Shown in pieces: positions 38,462 through 47,923 of a stretch of 64,000 bases of DNA. The notes under the pieces were generated by a model. It saw nothing but the letters and a program-made list of their open reading frames with translations. It did no database searches and was not told the origin of the DNA. Source of the stretch: Candidatus Beckwithbacteria bacterium (GTDB lineage Bacteria; Patescibacteriota; Microgenomatia; UBA1400; UBA1449); contig JAAZOH010000038.1 in assembly GCA_012797845.1 (NCBI GenBank), positions 11,919-75,918 on the forward strand. The letters are read 5' to 3'. Numbering within the stretch: the first letter of the stretch is position 1; each line of letters starts with the position of its first letter. The translations under genes were made by a program, and so were the position numbers.

Positions 38462-39907
38462 TTAGTAACATTTTATAGTCTGTTCCCGCTTTGGACCGAC
38501 TGTCAGCATAAACGGCTTAGCTTGCAAACAGGCGCTAAGAAAACTGATATACTGCTTAGTTTCTTTGGGCAAATCATCATAACAACGGACTTGACTGACG
38601 GTTTTGCCATCCCATGATGGCAATTCAAGATACTCTGGCTTGACGGTATCTAAATAGCTTTGGTCAGGCCGGTAAGCAACTTCCTTACCATTTTGTTTGT
38701 AGGCAATGCAAACTTTAATGGGTATATTTTGATAACAAATGTCTAAGTGAGTCATATTTACATATTCAATTCCTCCTACTCTAAACAAAAAAGATAACAT
38801 CGGCAAATCAATATAGGCAATATCCCGCGGGCGTTTTGTTGTTGCACCATACTCATTAGCATCCTCTCTAATTTTTGCTGCCAACTTGGTTTTTATTAGG
38901 GTGGGTAAAACACGGGAACCAACGCTAGAGGTATAGGTGGTTTTAATGGTAGCGGTTTTAATAGCTATCTGATTTGGATCAACAACCCCATCAGTTGAAG
39001 ATAAAATGCCATCAAGACCACAGTTGGAAACTGTTACGTCTGGATAAACACCCCAACGTTTATCAAGACCTAAGGCTTGAGCCTTTTCAAAAATAATCGG
39101 AGTTTTGTTTTCCCATCGGTTTTTAATTAAATCATAAACAGAAGTAGCAAATGGTTTTATTTGATTTCTGGTTTTTTCTAACCGGTTTAGGAAAATTTTT
39201 AAACTGCCAACTTTTACCGCTTCTCCCGTCAATCTCGGCACTTCAATTTTGGCAAGATCAAAATTCATACCCTTGATCCATTCCTGATACAGTTTGAAAT
39301 GATTAGTTAATTTATCTTTCCAGTTACGAGCCATTAAATCTCTGATTCGTAAAGCATGGCGAAAAATCACGTCAGCATAGGCTGGAGAAATGCCCCTACC
39401 AGTGGCACCAAGATAGCCGTCGGCACGCTGCTTTAAAACTGCATCAAAAGCACGGTGAGTATCTAGGCACAAAAAAGCCATTTCATCAATTGAAAGACGT
39501 GCCGGCAAATTTTTACTATTTGTAGCTTTTTTCACAAGTTCAATTTCTGTGATCAAATCCTCTGGATGAAGCACCATTTCTTTACCAAGCATAATATGGC
39601 AGCCTTTTTGTAAAATACCTGACCCTAGCTGATGTAAAGCAATTCTGACATTACCAACTTCTACGGTATGGCCGGCATTAGCACCGCCGTTATCGCGATA
39701 CACAACGACCTCTTTGTGTTTTTTCAAAAAATTAGCAACCAACTCATCAACAATTCTCCCCTTCCCTTCATCTCCAATGGCACCGCCACCAATAGCTATA
39801 GAATTAGGTCGATTTTTTAAAAAAAGATTTGACGTTTGTTTTGGCAGTTTTTTTACATATTTATTTTGTTTATAGACCTGTCGATATATGTTTAAAAAAT
39901 CAGACAT
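38462..39907 (-). CDS. purA: adenylosuccinate synthetase
   Basis: GDEGKGR P-loop, GATGRGISPAYAD, HDKDLA-like segments. Has a ~30-aa N-terminal extension. Confidence 0.8.
   Translation of the reverse strand: MSDFLNIYRQVYKQNKYVKKLPKQTSNLFLKNRPNSIAIGGGAIGDEGKGRIVDELVANFLKKHKEVVVYRDNGGANAGHTVEVGNVRIALHQLGSGILQKGCHIMLGKEMVLHPEDLITEIELVKKATNSKNLPARLSIDEMAFLCLDTHRAFDAVLKQRADGYLGATGRGISPAYADVIFRHALRIRDLMARNWKDKLTNHFKLYQEWIKGMNFDLAKIEVPRLTGEAVKVGSLKIFLNRLEKTRNQIKPFATSVYDLIKNRWENKTPIIFEKAQALGLDKRWGVYPDVTVSNCGLDGILSSTDGVVDPNQIAIKTATIKTTYTSSVGSRVLPTLIKTKLAAKIREDANEYGATTKRPRDIAYIDLPMLSFLFRVGGIEYVNMTHLDICYQNIPIKVCIAYKQNGKEVAYRPDQSYLDTVKPEYLELPSWDGKTVSQVRCYDDLPKETKQYISFLSACLQAKPFMLTVGPKREQTIKCY
38476..38520. 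repeat. imperfect direct repeat (copy B) = in-frame 3' end of purA
   Basis: Matches 36781-36825. Confidence 0.7.
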
Positions 39908-41288
39908 AGTTGCCTCTCTTTTTCATGTTATTTATAAAAATTGATACCTGTTTTGATTTCTTTCTAGTTAGTAAAACTGACAAACCCAAGTAAGTTTCGG
40001 GTTTTAATTTAGCTAGTTTAGGATCACAATCTTTGGTTAGTTGTTGCCAATCTTTAGCAGTTATTTTTTTCTGTTTTGCAATCCCTGCTACTCTTTCATA
40101 GGCTTTGCTATCACCAGTAGTACGAGCTAGAGTCTGCCAAGCTTCAGCTAAGATATTCCAGTTTTGATTGAGGGCTTGCTGCATAATACTTTCATTAACA
40201 CTAATCGAATCTAGGCCTTTTTGCAGACTTTGGTAAGCCAGTAAGCAGTAGCTAAAAGCTGAACCAACATTTCGCCAAACAGTGCTTTCAGATAAATCCC
40301 GTTGTAAACGGCTAATGGGCAATTTACGAATAAAGGTTTCAAAAAAGCCATTAGCTAATACTAAATTACCTTCACTATTTTCAAATTCAATTGGGTTGAC
40401 TTTTTGAGGCATAGTTGAGGAACCAACATATTTTTCTTTACCTTTTTGCATAAGCCAGTCATCACTGATATAGCGCCACAGGTCCTGATTTAGGTCAAGC
40501 AAGACTCCATTAATACGCTCGAACAAACTAAATAGTTCTAAAAAATCATCAGGAAAATTGATCTGACTAGTTAGCTCATTACAGTCAAAGTCTAACTCCT
40601 TGCAAAAGTCTTGAGAAAATTGAGGCCAATTGATTTTGGGATAGGTAAAAGCTAAGGCATGATAGGCGCCAATGGCTCCATTTAGTTTGCCAACAAATTT
40701 AAACCGAGTGAGTTTGGTAAGTAAAGGTTGAAGCCTTAGGGCAAAAAGTATCAATTCTTTGCCAAAGGTAGTTGGTATAGCTGGCTGACCATGAGTGCGA
40801 GCTAGCATTGGAATTTGAACATATCGCAAAGCCAAAGTATTTAAGTTTTCTAAAACTTGGAGCAATTGAGGAATTAAAACCTGCTTTAAGCTATCTTTGG
40901 TCATTGACCTATAAGCCAAATTATTGACATCATCGGAAGTGATGCCAAAATGCAAAAAAGAAATAATATCTGACAATGAAGATTTTTGTAATTTTTTTTG
41001 TAAAAAATATTCAACGGCTTTAACATCATGATGAGTTTCTTCCTCAAGCTTTTTAACCTGCCGACAATAAGTAATATTGGGCTGACTTAGAGTATCTAAT
41101 AAGGACTGTTCTGAAGAAGTTAAAGGTCTAATGACTTGGTATTTTGATAATAATTTCAAATAAGCAAGCTCTATTTTAATGCGGTAGGTAATTAGAGCTG
41201 ATTCACTAAAATACTTTGAAAGCTGGGAAGTTTTGCTTTGGTACCGGCCGTCAAGTGGAGATATAGCTTGTAAATTATCGGCTATCAT
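39900..41288 (-). CDS. purB: adenylosuccinate lyase
   Basis: SPLDGRY N-terminus and GSSTMPQKVNP fumarate-lyase signature. Start trimmed to MIADNLQ to avoid overlap with msrA. Confidence 0.8.
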   Translation of the reverse strand: MIADNLQAISPLDGRYQSKTSQLSKYFSESALITYRIKIELAYLKLLSKYQVIRPLTSSEQSLLDTLSQPNITYCRQVKKLEEETHHDVKAVEYFLQKKLQKSSLSDIISFLHFGITSDDVNNLAYRSMTKDSLKQVLIPQLLQVLENLNTLALRYVQIPMLARTHGQPAIPTTFGKELILFALRLQPLLTKLTRFKFVGKLNGAIGAYHALAFTYPKINWPQFSQDFCKELDFDCNELTSQINFPDDFLELFSLFERINGVLLDLNQDLWRYISDDWLMQKGKEKYVGSSTMPQKVNPIEFENSEGNLVLANGFFETFIRKLPISRLQRDLSESTVWRNVGSAFSYCLLAYQSLQKGLDSISVNESIMQQALNQNWNILAEAWQTLARTTGDSKAYERVAGIAKQKKITAKDWQQLTKDCDPKLAKLKPETYLGLSVLLTRKKSKQVSIFINNMKKRGNYV

Positions 41289-41332
41289 CACAGCTACTAT
41301 ACTAAAAATTTTAGCTTTGGGAAATATTAGAA

Positions 41333-41854
41333 TTATTGATCTAAAAATTTTTGCAACTTTACAATTTTGGGAACAATCACCGCTTTGCAATAAGCTTGAT
41401 CAGGATGCTTTTCAAAGTAGTTGTGATGTTCTGCCTCAGCTCCGTAAAATATTTCTAAAGGTTTGATTTCAGTCACAATAGGCATGGTAAAGTGGGATGC
41501 CTGCTCTTTTTTGGCAGCCTCAGCTAACTCTTTTTGCCTTTGATTAGTCCATAAAATAATAGAACGGTATTGGGGACCGATATCATTACCTTGGCGGTTA
41601 AATGTGGTTGGGTCATGAATTTTCCAGAAAATATCCAAAAGCTGCTGGTAGCTGATTTTTGTAGGATCATATTCCAGTTCCACCACCTCGGTATGGCCGG
41701 TAGTGCCGGTACTAACCAGATCATAACTGGGTTCAGCAATGTTGCCGCCGGCATAACCGGGAGTGACTTTGATAATGCCAGGAACCATTTTAAAAGTTGC
41801 CTCACTGCACCAGAAGCAGCCAGCGCCGAAAACAGCTAGCTCAGTTTTTGCCAT
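41333..41854 (-). CDS. msrA: peptide methionine sulfoxide reductase MsrA
   Basis: GCFWC active-site motif. Confidence 0.85.
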   Translation of the reverse strand: MAKTELAVFGAGCFWCSEATFKMVPGIIKVTPGYAGGNIAEPSYDLVSTGTTGHTEVVELEYDPTKISYQQLLDIFWKIHDPTTFNRQGNDIGPQYRSIILWTNQRQKELAEAAKKEQASHFTMPIVTEIKPLEIFYGAEAEHHNYFEKHPDQAYCKAVIVPKIVKLQKFLDQ

Positions 41855-42222
41855 TACTTATCTCCTTTTGGTTGAAATTCTAATGAGATTGAATTGACAC
41901 AGTGTCTGGTGTTTTTGGAAGTTAATCCTTCACCGGTAAAAACATGGCCTAAATGAGCTCCACAGTTGGCACAAACTATTTCGGTTCTAACTCCATCAAA
42001 ATCCGGAACCTGCTTAACTGCTCCGGGAATTTCCTGGTCAAAGCTGGGCCAGCCGCATTGAGCATCAAACTTATCTTTGGAGCGGTACAAGGGTGTTTGG
42101 CAACGTTTACAGACATAGGCCCCTTCTTTCCAAAAATCATCATATATGCCGGTAAACGGTACTTCAGTTTCTTTATTTTCAATAACTTGCTTTTCTTCTG
42201 GTGTGAGCTGTTTAAAATTCAT
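41854..42222 (-). CDS. msrB: peptide methionine sulfoxide reductase MsrB
   Basis: CxxC...CxxC zinc site and HLGHVF motif. Confidence 0.85.
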   Translation of the reverse strand: MNFKQLTPEEKQVIENKETEVPFTGIYDDFWKEGAYVCKRCQTPLYRSKDKFDAQCGWPSFDQEIPGAVKQVPDFDGVRTEIVCANCGAHLGHVFTGEGLTSKNTRHCVNSISLEFQPKGDK

Positions 42223-42288
42223 ATTACATAAATAACATAATAGGGGTGAAGATTATATGAAAATAAAAACTAAGCTATACTAATACCT

Positions 42289-43362
42289 ATGGAAAAAAGA
42301 ACCTTAAGTTATGACATTTTAAGAATTATTGCCATTTTAGGAGTGATAATTTCTCATAGCGATGAAATTACCACTTCAGTTACCAATTATGTAGGAGGAG
42401 CTACTTGGTGGATGGTAGTTTTTATTGATACTCTTTTTAGAATCTCGGTTCCATTCTTCGTACTACTTAGTGGGGCTTTGGCATTTCCAAAAGTTGTGAA
42501 TTCTTCTTATGCCCAAGTTTGGCAACGAATTTTGCATCGTTTACTTATACCTTTTGTTTTTTGGACAGCATTTTATGGGTGGTGGCAATGGCGATGGAAA
42601 GGAATTGCTTTTACTTTTGCTAGTTTTATAGATAATTTATTTTTTAGTCCCTCAGGCTTTTTATATTTCATTGTTTTAGTTATTGGTTTATATGCAATTA
42701 GTCCTTGCTTAAAACCGTTTTTAACATTTTCAAATAAACAAAAAACACGATTGGTATTTTGTTTATTTTTAGCTGCATCTCTTTACTCTACTCTGTTATA
42801 TTTTTTGCTTGATAAAAGCGAACCAGGTTTTTCGTTATTATTATTTTTGCCTTATACAAACTATTATCTTTTTGGTTACATATCACAAAATATTAAGCTG
42901 AAGACTAAAACAGCCTGGGGATTATTAGGAATTGCTTTAGTAATAGTTTTACTAAATAGTATTTTCTTTTACATAACTCTTAAACACTTTAATTCTGGCC
43001 AAACTATTTTTTGGGCAAAAACAAGTGGTTATTATTTCTGGAATACATTTTCATTACCAATTATCGCAACTACAATTTTGTTTTGGCTCGGGTTAAAACA
43101 ACTACTGGAAAACCTGGTGATAAAAGTTTTTATAAAAAATATTCTTGCTGAAATTTCTAAAGCATCGTACGGAATGTATTTAATTCATGGAGCTGTCATT
43201 ACCTTGGTTGATCATTATGGTCATATGGCAATTCATTTAATTAAACAAGCTCTTTATTTTGCTTATTTTAAAAAGATTTTAATGGTTTTTATACTTTCGT
43301 ATATATTAGCAGCAATTCTCAAGCGGCTCCCAGTTGCTAGGCTAATAGTAGGGGAAAAATAA
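42289..43362 (+). CDS. acyltransferase family 3 membrane protein
   Basis: YDILRIIAILGVIISH N-terminus, 10 TM. Confidence 0.55.
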   Translation: MEKRTLSYDILRIIAILGVIISHSDEITTSVTNYVGGATWWMVVFIDTLFRISVPFFVLLSGALAFPKVVNSSYAQVWQRILHRLLIPFVFWTAFYGWWQWRWKGIAFTFASFIDNLFFSPSGFLYFIVLVIGLYAISPCLKPFLTFSNKQKTRLVFCLFLAASLYSTLLYFLLDKSEPGFSLLLFLPYTNYYLFGYISQNIKLKTKTAWGLLGIALVIVLLNSIFFYITLKHFNSGQTIFWAKTSGYYFWNTFSLPIIATTILFWLGLKQLLENLVIKVFIKNILAEISKASYGMYLIHGAVITLVDHYGHMAIHLIKQALYFAYFKKILMVFILSYILAAILKRLPVARLIVGEK

Positions 43363-43363
43363 T

Positions 43364-44533
43364 ATGAAAGCTCACAAAAATATCATTCTACTTTCAATTT
43401 TTAATTTTCTACTGGGTTTTTATTTATATGGGGCAATCATTGTGATTTATTTTAGTCAGCTAACAGGTTCGTACGCTTTAGCGATGGGTTTATTTTCTAT
43501 TACCATGATTGGTGCGGCTGCTTTAGAAATTCCAACTGGTATATATTCTGATTTAATTGGCCGGCGCAAAACCGTTATTTTGGGAAGCTTTGCAATTTTA
43601 CTTTCTTCAATTTTTTATGCTTGGGGATTTTCTTATGCTGTATTGATAATCGGCGCTTTGTTTGAAGCTCTTTCACGAGCTTTTTTCAGTGGCAATAATG
43701 ATGCCCTGCTTTATGATAGTTTGGCAGCTAGTGGCAAGGAAAAAGATTATGATGAGTATCTGGGTAAAGTCAGCTCTACAGAACAAGCCGCTTTGGCAGT
43801 TAGTGCTGTGCTTGGTGGGATTATCGCTGCTATTTCTATGAAATTGGTTGTTTGGCTAGCTGTGATACCTAATATATTTTTAGTCGTTATTGCTTTTCAG
43901 CTAGTTGACATCAGACGGTACAAAATTGAATCTGGGAATATATTTAATCATCTCAAAGAAGCTTTGCTAGTTTTTAAAAAAAGTTATAAGCTGCGGCTTT
44001 TAAGCTTAGCTTCAATAATAGAATTTGCTTTTGGAGAAACAGGCTTCACCTTTAATCCAGTTTTTATAAACTCTCTCTGGCCATTGTGGGCTGTAGGAAT
44101 ATCAAGGGCTTTAAGTTTTGCAGGCGGATCAATCAGCTTCTTTTTTGCCGGTAAAATCATTAAAAAATTTAAAGCCTTACCAACTTTATTTGCCAACTCT
44201 TTAATTAGTAGAATTATCACCTCGTTAGCAATTTTAATTGCCAATGTTTTTTCACCAGCTTTAATGTCTATGACTTCCTTACTTTATGGTTCGAGCGAAG
44301 TAGCCAGTAATACTCTATTACAAAAAGAATTTACAGACAAACAACGAGCGACGCTTTCTTCCATTAACTCTTTATTAGGATCACTAGCTTTTGGAATCAT
44401 TTCAGTTTTAGTCGGATTGATAGCAGATAAGCTAAATCCTAGAAGTACACTATTAATATTACAAATATTTTTACTGATTCCAATGTTTATTTATTGGCGG
44501 ATTTTTAAGCATGATAAAAAAGATATACATTAA
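43364..44533 (+). CDS. MFS transporter
   Basis: 12 TM with MFS-like loop motifs. Confidence 0.55.
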   Translation: MKAHKNIILLSIFNFLLGFYLYGAIIVIYFSQLTGSYALAMGLFSITMIGAAALEIPTGIYSDLIGRRKTVILGSFAILLSSIFYAWGFSYAVLIIGALFEALSRAFFSGNNDALLYDSLAASGKEKDYDEYLGKVSSTEQAALAVSAVLGGIIAAISMKLVVWLAVIPNIFLVVIAFQLVDIRRYKIESGNIFNHLKEALLVFKKSYKLRLLSLASIIEFAFGETGFTFNPVFINSLWPLWAVGISRALSFAGGSISFFFAGKIIKKFKALPTLFANSLISRIITSLAILIANVFSPALMSMTSLLYGSSEVASNTLLQKEFTDKQRATLSSINSLLGSLAFGIISVLVGLIADKLNPRSTLLILQIFLLIPMFIYWRIFKHDKKDIH

Positions 44534-44638
44534 TTTTTTCTTCTTTGACTTGATTTTTTCTCAGTTTACAATACTTTTATGTCAAAAAATATTTACTTAG
44601 CTTATATTTTGGCTTTTTTAAAAAATTCCTGATTTTGG

Positions 44639-45748
44639 TTGGGAATTTGGGTTTTTTACTACTTACGATTTACCGATTATGCAGGCATTGGCTTAATTGA
44701 GACAGTTCTGATTCTAACGATGACAATAGCAGAAATTCCTACTGGAGCTATTGCAGACTTGTTGGGCAAAAAAATAACTTTAACTGTAGCATTTTTGCTC
44801 ATGGCTTTTGGTAATATTTTTATGGGTTTGACTCCTAATTTCCCAATATTAGTAATCAGCGTTTTTATAGCCGGACTTGGTGGTACTTTTGAATCAGGCA
44901 CCTCAGAAGCCTTGATTTATGATTCTTTACTAGAAACAAAAGAAGAACATACATTTGATAAAGTGATTGCTAATATTAAGTCTATTCACCTGCTGGCTCC
45001 AGCTGTGACTGGAATTATTGGAGGCTTTTTATACGCACTTAATTTCAGACTGCCAATGTTAGCTTCTGGCTTTACTTATGGAATTGCTTTTATTATAACT
45101 TTCTTTTTACACGAACCCAGTATTGATTCTGAAAAATTTTCTTGGAGAAATTATATATTACAAACAAAACAAGGCATAAAACAGCTAAGTCAAACTATTG
45201 AAACCAAAAAAATCACTATCTTTTTGCTCTCAGTTGGTTTAATTGTGGTGATTACCAGTGAAATGCTTAATGATTTTTTAGCAGTAGAATTTAGTTTTAC
45301 TCCTCAAGAGCTAGCCATTTTTTGGTCTATTTGTTATTTAGTTTCGGCTGTTATGTCACAACTGACACCAAAATTTATAAAACAATTTGGACTTAAAAAA
45401 ACTGTTTTTGGGTTGGGTATTATTATTGCAGTTAGCCTTATCGTTTCTCCTATAGCCGGACTCATTTTAGGAGGATTTACTTTGTTTGTTCGAAATGGCT
45501 TTGGAGCCATATTTGAAAATGCAAGTTCAATAACTATAAACAGATTTACCTTGTCAAAATATCGGGCCACAACTATTTCCACTTTTAATATGTTTAAAAA
45601 TATTCCGTATGTTTTAACAGCATATCTCTTTGGTAGTTTAGCTAATATTTATTCGGCAAAAACCAGTGCTCTTTTTTTAGGGATTTTATTGCTGACCTTC
45701 ATTCTATTGCAGATAAATAGCATAAAAAGATTGCGAAAACCAAGCTGA
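44639..45748 (+). CDS. MFS transporter (start probably upstream, non-ATG)
   Basis: Paralogous architecture to 43364-44533. Confidence 0.5.
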   Translation: MGIWVFYYLRFTDYAGIGLIETVLILTMTIAEIPTGAIADLLGKKITLTVAFLLMAFGNIFMGLTPNFPILVISVFIAGLGGTFESGTSEALIYDSLLETKEEHTFDKVIANIKSIHLLAPAVTGIIGGFLYALNFRLPMLASGFTYGIAFIITFFLHEPSIDSEKFSWRNYILQTKQGIKQLSQTIETKKITIFLLSVGLIVVITSEMLNDFLAVEFSFTPQELAIFWSICYLVSAVMSQLTPKFIKQFGLKKTVFGLGIIIAVSLIVSPIAGLILGGFTLFVRNGFGAIFENASSITINRFTLSKYRATTISTFNMFKNIPYVLTAYLFGSLANIYSAKTSALFLGILLLTFILLQINSIKRLRKPS

Positions 45749-45780
45749 TTATACTGGGATACAACCAGCTTGGTTATAAA

Positions 45781-46947
45781 TTAATCATCCCGAAGCGGAC
45801 TCCGCAAGTTTGGAACCAGTAGTACTATGGCTGGCAAAAGTGCTATCAAAACCAAAGTCAAGTTTAGCGACTTAGTAGCTAAAAACCCAACTATCGGATT
45901 GGCAATAGCTGTAGCCAGGCGGATGTACATGGATAAAACTGAGCGCATGGTAGCTCGATTAGCTGATGGGACTAGCTCATGGAAATGACTGGTAGCAAAG
46001 TACACTCTGGTCAAGCCAAAACTGCCAGCTAAGACCAAGAATAAGACTACTCCAATACTACCAGGTAACAAGCCTCCAGCTACAAATCCCAACATAACTA
46101 AAACAGCAGTTAACCATAGGTATTTACTGGCCGATCCTACCAACTTTTCTAAGGTAATAAAGTTGTAGGATAGCAGCATTTCAATAGCTACGGTTCCGGC
46201 ATGAAACAGACCAAAGTACTTGATTGGGATACCAATTTGGCTTAGCAATGGTTGGTACAGCCAAATGACAAAGTAAGCTGCAGCTGCCACTAACACTAGG
46301 TTTAAACTCAGCCGTCTTAACTTGCTGTGGCTGTTAAACAACCTGATGCTTTCAACTATAGTTTGCTTAGCCGATCTGATCTCTGATTGACCGTTCTTGT
46401 ACTCTGGTAACTTGACCATAACTAGCAAAGCCAAAAACCAGGCCGAAGCAGTAAAAAGCTGTGGCGCGTTTAAGCCAAATGACGAAGCTATTGGTCCGCC
46501 CAATATAGCTGCAAAACTGAGGGCAAACATAGAAATAGCTTGGACTTTGCCAGTGACTTGCTTCATTTGATCTTGATGTCCCTCAGCTTTTAAGGCTTCA
46601 TAGAGCCAAGCTTCATCAGCACCTGAAATGAGCGCCAATCCTAATGCTAAGGTGAACTCTGCCAACATAAATAGCCAAATATTGGGAAACAAGCTGTAGA
46701 TGGTCATGCCAATAGCAAATAAAGCTGATCCCAAAGTCATTGAGAATTTTCGGCCATAGCGGTCAGCCACAAAACCAGTTGGCACTTCCAAAATCACTAC
46801 CCAGATAGCAAACCAACTTTGCAGTAGCTGAATTTGGAATTGATTAATACCACCCCACTGCGTAAAAAACGGGATCAACACCGCACTCATAAAATGCAGT
46901 GAAGTCAAAAATCTGACTAGATAGTAAAGCTTAATTTGTCTAGACAT
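45781..46947 (-). CDS. MFS transporter
   Basis: Start set at MSRQIKL with AAAGGAGGA RBS. The longer ORF-track N-terminus is discounted. Confidence 0.6.
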   Translation of the reverse strand: MSRQIKLYYLVRFLTSLHFMSAVLIPFFTQWGGINQFQIQLLQSWFAIWVVILEVPTGFVADRYGRKFSMTLGSALFAIGMTIYSLFPNIWLFMLAEFTLALGLALISGADEAWLYEALKAEGHQDQMKQVTGKVQAISMFALSFAAILGGPIASSFGLNAPQLFTASAWFLALLVMVKLPEYKNGQSEIRSAKQTIVESIRLFNSHSKLRRLSLNLVLVAAAAYFVIWLYQPLLSQIGIPIKYFGLFHAGTVAIEMLLSYNFITLEKLVGSASKYLWLTAVLVMLGFVAGGLLPGSIGVVLFLVLAGSFGLTRVYFATSHFHELVPSANRATMRSVLSMYIRLATAIANPIVGFLATKSLNLTLVLIALLPAIVLLVPNLRSPLRDD

Positions 46948-47045
46948 AATTTCCTCCTTTGTGTAATATCTCTTAGCTTTCAAAGAGCTTGACAAAAAAT
47001 CAGATTCCCAGCTGATAATTTTGCCAAGCAAACCTCCAAACACAC

Positions 47046-47070
47046 TAAAAAAGCCTCCGGTTTGGAGGCT
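47046..47070 (-). terminator. intrinsic terminator hairpin (gcctcc-ggttt-ggaggc plus U-run) inside the MFS 5' leader
   Basis: 6-bp GC stem followed by TTTTTT on the minus strand, ~100 nt upstream of the MFS start. Confidence 0.55.
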
Positions 47071-47214
47071 TTGTTGATCAAACTATATTACGGTAATTTT
47101 TAATCAGTAGCCTCCTTGTGTTTTAGGTAATCAACACCAAACACCATACAAATAAGGGTGTTTTCTGAGCGATTGGTTTGATAAAGACTACGTTTGCCTA
47201 TCATATGACTAATT

Positions 47215-47242
47215 ATTATAATATAATTATAGGATAATGCAA
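47215..47242 (-). promoter_or_regulatory. sigma70-like promoter TTGCAT-N16-TATAAT driving the MFS leader
   Basis: Consensus -35 and -10 hexamers with a 16-nt spacer on the minus strand. Confidence 0.5.
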
Positions 47243-47452
47243 GAATACTTTATCATCCTGAACGAAGTTGAAGGATCTTTTAAATAAGATTTCTCGACAA
47301 GCTCAAAATGACAACGAAACTATATTTTTCATTTTACTTTGTTTTTAAATCTCTTGCCAAGTCTCAAATTGTCTTTTTTAATTACTTTTTATAATTATTT
47401 TGAAATTAGGCATATATTTGGTTATTAGCTATTTTGACACTATAATTAAGAT

Positions 47453-47923
47453 GTGATTTCAAGACAACATCTTCCTAGATACGAATTTACCCAAGAAGGT
47501 TTTGATAAGCTTTTGCTTGAGCAAGAGCAACTGACTCAAAACCGGGTTGGAGCAGTCAAAGATTTAGCTGAGGCTCGGGCTATGGGCGATCTATCAGAAA
47601 ATGGCTACTATAAAGCAGCTCGGGCCAAACTCTCCTCTATTGATTCGCGTTTAGGCCGGCTTAAACTCATGATCAAATATGCTGTGATCTTGGAAAGCAG
47701 CAAATCCGGGGCTGTTGATTTTGGTTGTAAAGTTACAGTGCAAGTTGGTTCCCTAAAGCGAGAATTTCAAATTGTGGGCAAAGAAGAATCAGATCCTTCA
47801 GCTGGGAAAATTTCTGGTCACTCACCGATTGGTCAAGCTTTGATGGGCAAGAAAAAAGGTGAGAAAGTTTTGGTACAAATTCCAGCCGGGGAAGTTGAGT
47901 ATGAGATTTTAGTTGTGGAGTAA
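47453..47923 (+). CDS. greA: transcription elongation factor GreA
   Basis: GDLSENGYYKAAR GreA signature; size 156 aa. Confidence 0.8.
   Translation: MISRQHLPRYEFTQEGFDKLLLEQEQLTQNRVGAVKDLAEARAMGDLSENGYYKAARAKLSSIDSRLGRLKLMIKYAVILESSKSGAVDFGCKVTVQVGSLKREFQIVGKEESDPSAGKISGHSPIGQALMGKKKGEKVLVQIPAGEVEYEILVVE

Noticed and set aside
46948-47043. N-terminal extension MFGGLLGKIISWESDFLSS... of the MFS ORF at 45781-47043
   Set aside because: The extension runs through the terminator hairpin and lacks an RBS. The internal ATG at 46947 has a strong AAAGGAGGA RBS and begins the first TM helix.
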